5,037 nt of DNA from a virus. Its lineage: Duplodnaviria; Heunggongvirae; Uroviricota; Caudoviricetes. A program made the position numbers and the translations under genes. Where the stretch lies: the IMG/VR virus record IMGVR_UViG_2563366883_000001, positions 1 to 5,037 of that record. One strand, written 5' to 3'. This document shows, piece by piece, positions 1 to 4,994 of this stretch (positions are counted from its first letter, which is position 1; every line of letters begins with the position of its first letter). Under the pieces are notes generated by a model, which had not been told where the DNA came from, did no database searches, and worked only from the letters and a program-made list of their open reading frames with translations.

Positions 1-65
1 ACGAACGCCGGAAGGCAGCTGGTTTTATTTGAGTCTGAGAAACGATTTTGTCGGAGGAAATTTTA

Positions 66-782
66 ATGGAAACCGTATTTGACGCACTGAAAGCACTGAA
101 AAGAGCCTCTTCACAGGTAGTGGCGGCCCGCCTTGGAATCAGCCGTGAAGATGCGGTCAACGAACTGTGGAAACTGAAGCGCCGCGGTGAAGCGGATAAC
201 AAGGGTTCGATGTGGTGGCTGATTCAGGCTGGTGAAAGTGAACCGGTGTCACCGGTACCGAAAGTGACAGCGCAAATGCTGACTGAGGCGATTGAACAAC
301 ATGGCCCACAAACGGCGGATGAGCTGGCACTGATGTTCGGGATTACCTCCCGCCGGGCGAATTCATCGCTGGCCATGGCAATCAGCAAAGGGCGTCTGAT
401 TCGCGTGAATCAGGGTGGTAAATTTCGTTACTGCATACCGGGCGCTGATTTACCGGCAGAGCCGGAAGCTGCATCCGTAGCGGAAACCGATGGTAAAGCC
501 TTTCCTCAGCCAGCAGGTGTTGCGTTACCAGTACAGGAAATGATGGCACAGGAAGAAATGAAAACAGAAATCGTGGAAGACATTGTGAGGTTACAGCCAT
601 CGATCACCGAAATGAAAGCAGATGACCTGATTCTACCATCGCTGCATGTGGCTAACCGCGAGCTGCGCCGGGCGAAAAGTGATGTCCAGAAGTGGGAGCG
701 AGTCTGTGCTGCGCTGCGGGAACTGAACAAACACAGGGATATTCTCCGGGATATTACCGCCACCAGAGAGCAGCAGCGGTGA
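66..782 (+). CDS. Hypothetical phage protein with two winged-helix-like segments and a charged, coiled-coil-like C-terminus
   Basis: ORF-track frame 48..782. I place the start at ATG 66 because GGAGG at 53-57 sits 8 nt upstream; the TTG at 48 has no SD. Two similar segments (aa ~8-45 and ~76-120) each read like a small wHTH (e.g. [15 protein letters not shown] and [19 protein letters not shown]). Stop TGA 780-782 overlaps the next GTG start. Family not recognised. Confidence 0.6.
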   Translation: METVFDALKALKRASSQVVAARLGISREDAVNELWKLKRRGEADNKGSMWWLIQAGESEPVSPVPKVTAQMLTEAIEQHGPQTADELALMFGITSRRANSSLAMAISKGRLIRVNQGGKFRYCIPGADLPAEPEAASVAETDGKAFPQPAGVALPVQEMMAQEEMKTEIVEDIVRLQPSITEMKADDLILPSLHVANRELRRAKSDVQKWERVCAALRELNKHRDILRDITATREQQR

Positions 783-1096
783 GTGGCTGGAAGAAGTGGC
801 GCTGGGCTGAAATCCTGATACTCCGGCAGTGTGCGGGAACGATGAGAGTCGAAAGCATCGGTTATCTGATTGGTCGTAGTGAGTCAGCCGTCAGGACGAA
901 AGCGCGGGAACTGGGTATCAGCATGATTTTACGGGGTGATTTTCACCCGTCGGCAAAATATTCACAGCGTGATATTGAGCTGGCGCGGCAACTGCATCAG
1001 CGTGGCGTACCCCGACGGGAAATTGCCGAAAAGTTTGGGATGAAGTTGGGCGCAGTGAATAACTACGTTTATTTCGACAGGAGGGTTCAGGAGTGA
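779..1096 (+). CDS. Small HTH DNA-binding protein (GcrA-N-terminal-like / sigma-70 region 4-like pattern)
   Basis: GTG 779 overlaps the upstream stop (GTGA). From this start the protein begins [13 protein letters not shown]...[24 protein letters not shown], which matches the W-x-x-E...I-x-x-x-L-G-x-x-S-x-x-A-V-x-x-K-x-x-x-L-G-[LI]-S pattern I recall from GcrA-type HTH domains. ATG 842 is an alternative start but would cut off the first helix. Weak SD-like AGAGAG at 765-770. Confidence 0.5.
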   Translation: MSGWKKWRWAEILILRQCAGTMRVESIGYLIGRSESAVRTKARELGISMILRGDFHPSAKYSQRDIELARQLHQRGVPRREIAEKFGMKLGAVNNYVYFDRRVQE

Positions 1097-1395
1097 GGGT
1101 GAGGATTTATATCGCCGGTCCGATGACGGGATATGAAAATTTCAACCGCGAGGCGTTTCACAGGGCGGAAGATGCGCTGAAACGGGAAGGGCATACCGTT
1201 TTAAACCCGGCAGTACTTCCGGACGGGCTGACTCAACCACACTACATGGATATTTGCATGGCAATGCTCCGTTGCGTGGATGCGGTTTACATGCTGAAAG
1301 GCTGGCAGCAGTCGGCAGGTGCAAGGGCTGAGCTGGCACTGGCGGAGAAACTGGGCCATGCGGTGATTTTTCAGGAGGTGGGCAGTGAATATTGA
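1093..1395 (+). CDS. DUF4406 family protein (nucleoside 2-deoxyribosyltransferase-like fold)
   Basis: 100 aa with the N-terminal motif RIYIAGPMTG typical of DUF4406 / nucleoside 2-deoxyribosyltransferase-like proteins and an acidic residue in the C-terminal AELALAEKLG segment. GTG 1093 overlaps the upstream TGA; GTG 1099 is an alternative start. Confidence 0.75.
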   Translation: MRVRIYIAGPMTGYENFNREAFHRAEDALKREGHTVLNPAVLPDGLTQPHYMDICMAMLRCVDAVYMLKGWQQSAGARAELALAEKLGHAVIFQEVGSEY

Positions 1396-1624
1396 CCCGG
1401 CGATAACGATTGATATGGCCCTGAACACCGGCCTGGCACTTCTTGGTTATTTCTACATCATGTTCTGCAGCGGACGATGGCTGTCACTGTTGTTCATGAA
1501 AAAATGGAATAAACGCCGTAAGCAGGAGCAACGCCAGAAGGCAATGGATGCATTTTCGAAGCCTTCGGAATTGACGGCATGGAACCAGGGGATCCAGCTC
1601 GCGCAATCAGCAGAGGGGGTGTAG
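1385..1624 (+). CDS. Small membrane protein (one predicted TM helix, basic C-terminal tail)
   Basis: GTG 1385 preceded by AGGAGG at 1373-1378 (6-nt spacer). Hydrophobic stretch LNTGLALLGYFYIMFCSGRWLSLLF followed by a Lys/Arg-rich segment KKWNKRRKQEQRQK. Overlaps the upstream stop by 11 nt. Confidence 0.5.
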   Translation: MNIDPAITIDMALNTGLALLGYFYIMFCSGRWLSLLFMKKWNKRRKQEQRQKAMDAFSKPSELTAWNQGIQLAQSAEGV

Positions 1625-1654
1625 TAATCCTTGTATATCGGAGTGAAGAGAAAA

Positions 1655-1969
1655 ATGACGATCACAAAACAACGAGTAGAAAAAATCATATATCGCCATG
1701 AAATGGGACTGAACAGCGATGTCACTGCCGAAGAGGTTTATGACCTGGCTGTACTGGCGCTGAATTTATCAAATATCGCAAACCTGAAGCGATACGAGCT
1801 TGATATGGATGGTTGCGACTCGTGCGGTCAGGATTGTGGCGCAGATATGACTGAAGATCCTGATGGTGATTATGTCCTGTTTGATGACGTGGTTAAGTTG
1901 TTTGAATTTGATACAACCACTCAAAAGTTAGAAATCCCGGCAAAGGAGGCAGCCAGTGAGCAAGATTGA
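1655..1969 (+). CDS. Hypothetical acidic phage protein
   Basis: ORF-track frame 1631..1969. ATG 1655 chosen as start (purine-rich GAAGAG just upstream); the TTG 1631 and GTG 1643 alternatives are not excluded. C-terminal half is Asp/Glu-rich with a CDSCGQDCG cysteine cluster. Its 3' end overlaps the next gene's GTG start. Confidence 0.55.
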   Translation: MTITKQRVEKIIYRHEMGLNSDVTAEEVYDLAVLALNLSNIANLKRYELDMDGCDSCGQDCGADMTEDPDGDYVLFDDVVKLFEFDTTTQKLEIPAKEAASEQD

Positions 1970-2504
1970 CTATCAGGCACTGCGTGAAAAGGCAGAGAAA
2001 GCAACTAAAGGAAGCTACATCGTAGGGCATACATCTGTTAACCAGCACGGCAATTTAACAGGAGTTTTTGTTTGCCAAAAATGGAAAGGAGAACCCGGTG
2101 GCGTGATTGCGGAATGTCATATTAACTGCCTGATTGAAACAGATGCTCAGGCTTATGCAAACGCTGAATTCATAGCAGAGGCTAACCCGGCTACCGTGCT
2201 GGCACTGCTGGATGAACGGGAAAGAAACCTGCAATACATCAAAAGCCGCGATCAGGAGAACGAGGATATTGCGCTAACGGTAGGGAAGCTGCGCGTTGAG
2301 CTTGAAGCAGAAAAACAGCGGGCAAAAGTTCTATTTATGGAAAATGCTCGGCTTAAGTCAGGCATAGCCGGTCTGATACACCTCGGTATTCGATATGCAG
2401 ATGTTGAGGTCATGAAAATTGCTGGAGATGCCCAGCTTTCTACCCCATGCACTGACAGCATCATAAACAGCATTGCAACAGGCATTCGCATCAAAGGAGA
2501 GTGA
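1956..2504 (+). CDS. Ead/Ea22-like family protein
   Basis: GTG 1956 with AAGGAGG at 1943-1949 (6-nt spacer). Contains the segment NAEFIAEANPATVLALLDERE plus a coiled-coil-like stretch, which I recognise as typical of Ead/Ea22-like proteins of lambdoid phage early regions. Confidence 0.8.
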   Translation: MSKIDYQALREKAEKATKGSYIVGHTSVNQHGNLTGVFVCQKWKGEPGGVIAECHINCLIETDAQAYANAEFIAEANPATVLALLDERERNLQYIKSRDQENEDIALTVGKLRVELEAEKQRAKVLFMENARLKSGIAGLIHLGIRYADVEVMKIAGDAQLSTPCTDSIINSIATGIRIKGE

Positions 2505-2505
2505 T

Positions 2506-3021
2506 ATGGCGTTAACACACCACGAACTCTGTCAGATTGCGTACAAGTTCCTTAAGCGCAACGGGTTCAAGGTTTGCTTTCATGACCGCTTTGTTGCTGT
2601 AACCAGTACCGGAGAACAGCCAGATGCTATGGGATTCAGAAATTCAGCATCATGCCTGATAGAGGCGAAGTGTTCTCGTGCTGACTTGTTGGCAGATAGA
2701 AAAAAGCGTTTCCGTAAAAATCCCTCACTTGGCATGGGCGACTGGCGATTCTTTATTAGTGAGCCGGAAATTATTTCAGTTGAGGATTTACCTCCCGGCT
2801 GGGGATTACTTCACGTTGTTAACGGAAGAGTACGGAAAGTACATGGATGGCCCAGGGGTAATTGCTGTTGGGGTAATCCTGACGATAAGCCATTTACTGG
2901 GAATAAGCAGGTTGAATGCGATTACATGTTATCTGCATTAAGGCGCATGGAGTTGAGAGGGCACCTTAATGAAATATATGACGGTGTGATTGTTAATAAG
3001 AAAGAAGGAAACGCGGCATGA
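2506..3021 (+). CDS. PD-(D/E)xK-motif putative nuclease (possibly MmcB-like)
   Basis: ATG 2506 with AAGGAG at 2494-2499; the ATG at 2473 lacks an SD. Motif GEQPDAMGF ... CLIEAKCSRADLL fits E...PD...(D/E)xK of restriction-endonuclease-fold nucleases. Stop overlaps the next ATG (ATGA). Confidence 0.7.
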   Translation: MALTHHELCQIAYKFLKRNGFKVCFHDRFVAVTSTGEQPDAMGFRNSASCLIEAKCSRADLLADRKKRFRKNPSLGMGDWRFFISEPEIISVEDLPPGWGLLHVVNGRVRKVHGWPRGNCCWGNPDDKPFTGNKQVECDYMLSALRRMELRGHLNEIYDGVIVNKKEGNAA

Positions 3022-3926
3022 TCACTATTACCAAAGGGCGACTGCTGACAATCAAGCAGTGGCGCGAAACATACGGACCGGGTAGCAACGTTGTACTGCC
3101 AGCAGAAGAAGCGGAAGAACTGGCACGAATTGCACTGGTATCGCTGGAAGCAGAGCCGGTGGCAAAGATTATAGCTCATTACCCATTAGGAGTTGACGTA
3201 GGCAAACAAAAGTTCGTACAGGCCATTGGAGAGCTTCCTGACTTTGGCGGATATCTATTTGCCGCCCCGCCAGCGCCGGTAGTGCCGGAAGAAGCAACTC
3301 CGGAAAACGTAGAAATGCTCTCTGGCTATGTTTCCACGTACAAATTAACCGATAGCGAGCGCGATATTGCTGCCGAAATATGGAACGCCTGCCGCACCGA
3401 CATGCTTCAGTCCGGAAACTTTCGGGAAAGCAAGAATTCGTCAACCAATAATTTTCGGGAAATCCCGGAAGCGTCAACCAGCTCTCCGGTAACTCCGGCT
3501 CTTCTGCCTGGTGGTTTCACCATTGAGGAGGCGAAGGAATTACATGAAGACCTGGTACGCAGCCACATAAGCAAGGCCTTAAGTGGCGAAAAGATGAAAA
3601 AGAAAGATCGCGATGCTGATTTGCGCTGGATTCATGGCGTTATAGTTCAGGCAGCGTGGTTTGTAAAAGCATCACTGGAGCAGAATGCACTATCGGGCAA
3701 CTCTCCGGTAACTCCGGATGGTTGGATAAGCTGTAGTGAGCGAATGCCGGATGATGGTCAGCACGTAATTATTTTATGTGATGGCGCATTCGTTCTTTAT
3801 GCGCAATATCGAGACGGTGAGTTTTTTGATGTAGTCCGTAATGGTGATGAATTTTTCGAAACACAGAGCCGCAATGTAACCGACTGGATGCCGTTACCAG
3901 AACCGCCGCAGGAGGTGCGCCAATGA
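3018..3926 (+). CDS. DUF551 domain-containing mosaic phage protein
   Basis: C-terminus DGWISCSERMPDDGQHVIILCDGAFVLYAQYRDGEFFD...VTDWMPLPEPP matches the DUF551 signature (W-x-S...LP...THWMPLPEPP). SD AAGGAA at 3004-3009. Contains two in-frame 17-bp direct repeats, each encoding SPVTP. Confidence 0.8.
   Translation: MITITKGRLLTIKQWRETYGPGSNVVLPAEEAEELARIALVSLEAEPVAKIIAHYPLGVDVGKQKFVQAIGELPDFGGYLFAAPPAPVVPEEATPENVEMLSGYVSTYKLTDSERDIAAEIWNACRTDMLQSGNFRESKNSSTNNFREIPEASTSSPVTPALLPGGFTIEEAKELHEDLVRSHISKALSGEKMKKKDRDADLRWIHGVIVQAAWFVKASLEQNALSGNSPVTPDGWISCSERMPDDGQHVIILCDGAFVLYAQYRDGEFFDVVRNGDEFFETQSRNVTDWMPLPEPPQEVRQ
3482..3717 (+). repeat. Pair of 17-bp direct repeats (ctctccggtaactccgg) inside the DUF551 gene
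   Basis: Exact copies at 3482-3498 and 3701-3717, in the same reading frame, each encoding SPVTP. They flank a ~200-bp segment encoding a charged, helix-like module. Confidence 0.7.
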
Positions 3927-4006
3927 TCTGGCCTGAAGCATTTGCAATTACAGGCGTTGCTATGGCTATCGCTTTTTTAGTATATGTTATTTGTCGGTGT
4001 GGGTAA
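3923..4006 (+). CDS. Predicted 27-aa hydrophobic peptide (MIWPEAFAITGVAMAIAFLVYVICRCG)
   Basis: Not in the ORF track (too short). ATG 3923 overlaps the DUF551 stop (ATGA) and is preceded by GGAGG at 3911-3915 (7-nt spacer). Hand translation gives a single hydrophobic helix, stop TAA 4004-4006. Confidence 0.35.
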   Translation: MIWPEAFAITGVAMAIAFLVYVICRCG

Positions 4007-4041
4007 AAGCGTTCGCCGGGATTAACACCAAAGGAGGGAAT

Positions 4042-4146
4042 GTGTCGGATGATATCTCACTGGCAATGGAAGGTGCGCTGGCTGTTATTGCTGTTGTGGG
4101 TGTTTACTGCCTGGTTGTGTTTTTGATGGATCGACTAGGGAACTGA
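4042..4146 (+). CDS. Predicted 34-aa hydrophobic peptide (MSDDISLAMEGALAVIAVVGVYCLVVFLMDRLGN)
   Basis: Not in the ORF track. GTG 4042 follows AAGGAGGG at 4031-4038 (spacing short, 3-4 nt). Acidic N-terminus, one TM-like helix, charged C-terminus, stop TGA 4144-4146. A 28-aa peptide in another frame (ATG 4040..4126) uses the same SD; the start is ambiguous. Confidence 0.3.
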   Translation: MSDDISLAMEGALAVIAVVGVYCLVVFLMDRLGN

Positions 4147-4154
4147 ATTCATTA

Positions 4155-4176
4155 CGATATGGGAATTCCCATATCG
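4155..4176. repeat. 22-bp perfect palindrome cgatatgggaattcccatatcg centred on GAATTC
   Basis: Every position pairs across the centre at 4165/4166. Lies between the 34-aa small ORF and the predicted hok promoter. No U-tract on either side. Confidence 0.6.
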
Positions 4177-4187
4177 GGTAAAAACGG

Positions 4188-4216
4188 TTTGCGGTAAAGC
4201 GAGAGTTAAGTAGAAT
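4188..4216 (+). promoter_or_regulatory. Putative sigma-70 promoter of the hok/mok mRNA
   Basis: -35 TTGCGG (4189-4194), 16-nt spacer, -10 TAGAAT (4211-4216, 5/6 to consensus). The predicted start site near 4222-4224 coincides with the 5' segment that is complementary to the mRNA 3' end. Confidence 0.45.
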
Positions 4217-4234
4217 TGCTGCGGGTGCTTGAGG

Positions 4235-4270
4235 CTGTCTGCCTCGGGCATGCCACCGTAAGGCAGACAG
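4235..4270 (+). promoter_or_regulatory. hok mRNA leader stem-loop
   Basis: 10-bp perfect stem ctgtctgcct (4235-4244) / aggcagacag (4261-4270) with a 16-nt loop. Lies in the predicted 5' leader upstream of mok. Confidence 0.5.
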
Positions 4271-4277
4271 AGAAAAG

Positions 4278-4343
4278 CCCCAGTTAACATTATGCGTCTT
4301 GCAGGACGCTTAACATTAATCTGAGGCCAATTTCATGCTAGCC
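4278..4343 (-). ncRNA. sok: Predicted Sok-like antisense RNA (approximate bounds)
   Basis: Inferred from the antisense promoter and from the sokC/mokC arrangement I recall. Would be complementary to the mok start codon and SD (4321-4337). The minus strand has a small hairpin (plus coordinates 4294-4309) and a U-rich stretch from plus 4270-4278. Ends not determinable from sequence alone. Confidence 0.35.
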
Positions 4344-4547
4344 ACATGTAGGTTAGCCTCTTACACGCCGAAAGGCAAGGAGAAGCAGGCTATGAAGCAG
4401 CAAAAGGCGATGTTAGTCGCCCTGATCGTCATCTGTATTACCGTCATTGTGACGGCACTGGTAACGAGGAAAGACCTCTGCGAGGTACGAATCCGAACCG
4501 GCCAGACGGAGGTCACTGTCTTCACAGCTTACGAACCTGAGGAGTAA
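4335..4547 (+). CDS. mok: Mok-like regulatory reading frame (in-frame upstream extension of hok)
   Basis: 70-aa ORF from the track, MLATCRLASYTPKGKEKQA followed by the Hok sequence. As I recall, chromosomal Mok proteins such as MokC have this in-frame extended layout. GAGG at 4323-4326 lies 8 nt upstream of ATG 4335. Confidence 0.5.
   Translation: MLATCRLASYTPKGKEKQAMKQQKAMLVALIVICITVIVTALVTRKDLCEVRIRTGQTEVTVFTAYEPEE
4350..4378 (-). promoter_or_regulatory. Putative Sok antisense promoter
   Basis: On the minus strand: -35 TTGCCT (plus coordinates 4378-4373), 17-nt spacer, -10 TAACCT (4355-4350). Placed inside the 5' part of mok, where sok promoters sit in known hok loci. Confidence 0.35.
4392..4547 (+). 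CDS. hok: Hok/Gef family type I toxin, closest to HokD (RelF)
   Basis: 51 aa, MKQQKAMLVALIVICITVIVTALVTRKDLCEVRIRTGQTEVTVFTAYEPEE. From memory this is near-identical to E. coli HokD/RelF and very similar to HokC/Gef. AAGGAG at 4376-4381 lies 10 nt upstream of ATG 4392. Confidence 0.9.
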   Translation: MKQQKAMLVALIVICITVIVTALVTRKDLCEVRIRTGQTEVTVFTAYEPEE

Positions 4548-4615
4548 GAGACCTGGCGGGGGAGAAATCCCTCGCCACCTCTGATGAGTCAGGCATCCTC
4601 AACGCACCCGCACTT

Positions 4616-4642
4616 AACCCGCTTCGGCGGGTTTTGTTTTTT
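4616..4642 (+). terminator. Rho-independent terminator of the hok mRNA
   Basis: Stem aacccgc (4616-4622) / gcgggtt (4627-4633) with UUCG tetraloop (4623-4626), followed by the T-rich run ttttgtttttt through 4642. Confidence 0.8.
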
Positions 4643-4663
4643 CCTGGCATTCTGGTTTACAAT
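4634..4663 (+). promoter_or_regulatory. Possible sigma-70 promoter for the downstream gene
   Basis: -35 TTGTTT (4634-4639), 18-nt spacer, -10 TACAAT (4658-4663). Overlaps the terminator T-tract; weak evidence. Confidence 0.25.
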
Positions 4664-4714
4664 TCGCACGCCAGCCTGAACAACTGGCACCTGCTGCGCC
4701 AGCAGAGACAACCG

Positions 4715-4993
4715 ATGGCGCACGATACCAAATTATACAATTCTGATAATTCAGCCGTCTTTGCCAGCAGGCACGGGCGGCGTTCTCATGCATTCAAATC
4801 TGACAGGTTACAGCACGCCCCATGCACTGAAGAACAGGCCGAATGGCTGATTCAGAACTACCGCAGACGTGGGTATGAGTTTAGGAAAACCCTCAGCCTC
4901 GATTATCGTCACTGGATAATCTCCGTCAGGCTTCCTTACTCTGAACGCCCACCGCGTCCGTCCCGCACATTCCTGCAACGCATCTGGAGGTAA
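4715..4993 (+). CDS. Hypothetical basic protein (92 aa)
   Basis: ORF-track frame 4634..4993. The TTG at 4634 lies inside the terminator T-tract, so I take the first ATG at 4715 as start. Arg-rich, no motif recognised. Sits immediately downstream of hok in the same orientation, as rem does relative to hokD in the K-12 Qin prophage, but I cannot confirm homology. Confidence 0.4.
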   Translation: MAHDTKLYNSDNSAVFASRHGRRSHAFKSDRLQHAPCTEEQAEWLIQNYRRRGYEFRKTLSLDYRHWIISVRLPYSERPPRPSRTFLQRIWR

Positions 4994-4994
4994 C

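Noticed and set aside
48-65. TTG 48 as the start of the first gene
   Set aside because: GGAGG at 53-57 is correctly spaced for ATG 66 and would lie inside the coding sequence if TTG 48 were used.
382-763. Minus-strand ORFs 382..600 (72 aa) and 506..763 (85 aa)
   Set aside because: Both lie entirely antisense inside the better-supported + strand gene 66..782. No SD, and low-complexity Ser/Arg/Leu-rich translations typical of antisense frames.
692-778. Long N-terminal extension of the HTH gene from GTG 692
   Set aside because: It would overlap the upstream gene by 90 nt. The GTG at 779 gives a classic GTGA stop/start overlap and starts right at the predicted first helix.
1142-1725. Minus-strand ORFs 1142..1339, 1201..1428 and 1453..1725
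   Set aside because: Embedded antisense within the DUF4406 gene and the small membrane-protein gene. No ribosome-binding sites and no recognisable motifs.
2678-2941. Alternative + frame ORF (87 aa) inside the nuclease gene
   Set aside because: Out-of-frame overlap with 2506..3021, which carries the PD-(D/E)xK motif and a proper SD. No start context of its own.
2252-3477. Minus-strand ORFs 2252..2518, 2922..3179 and 3169..3477
   Set aside because: Antisense to the Ead/Ea22-like, nuclease and DUF551 genes, which have SDs and family motifs. Most likely frame artefacts.
3506-3513. Chi-like sequence cctggtgg
   Set aside because: It is not the canonical Chi octamer GCTGGTGG, and no exact Chi was found on either strand by eye.
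4040-4126. Alternative-frame 28-aa peptide MCRMISHWQWKVRWLLLLLWVFTAWLCF
   Set aside because: Its ATG is only 2 nt from the SD. The Trp/Leu-run composition looks like an off-frame reading of a T/G-rich stretch. The 4042..4146 frame gives a more protein-like peptide, though neither is proven.
4155-4176. Reading the 22-bp palindrome as an intrinsic terminator
   Set aside because: No U-tract follows the hairpin on either strand. Kept as a feature of unknown role instead.
4634-4714. TTG 4634 start for the last full ORF
   Set aside because: It lies inside the T-tract of the hok terminator and has no SD. The first ATG at 4715 is more plausible.
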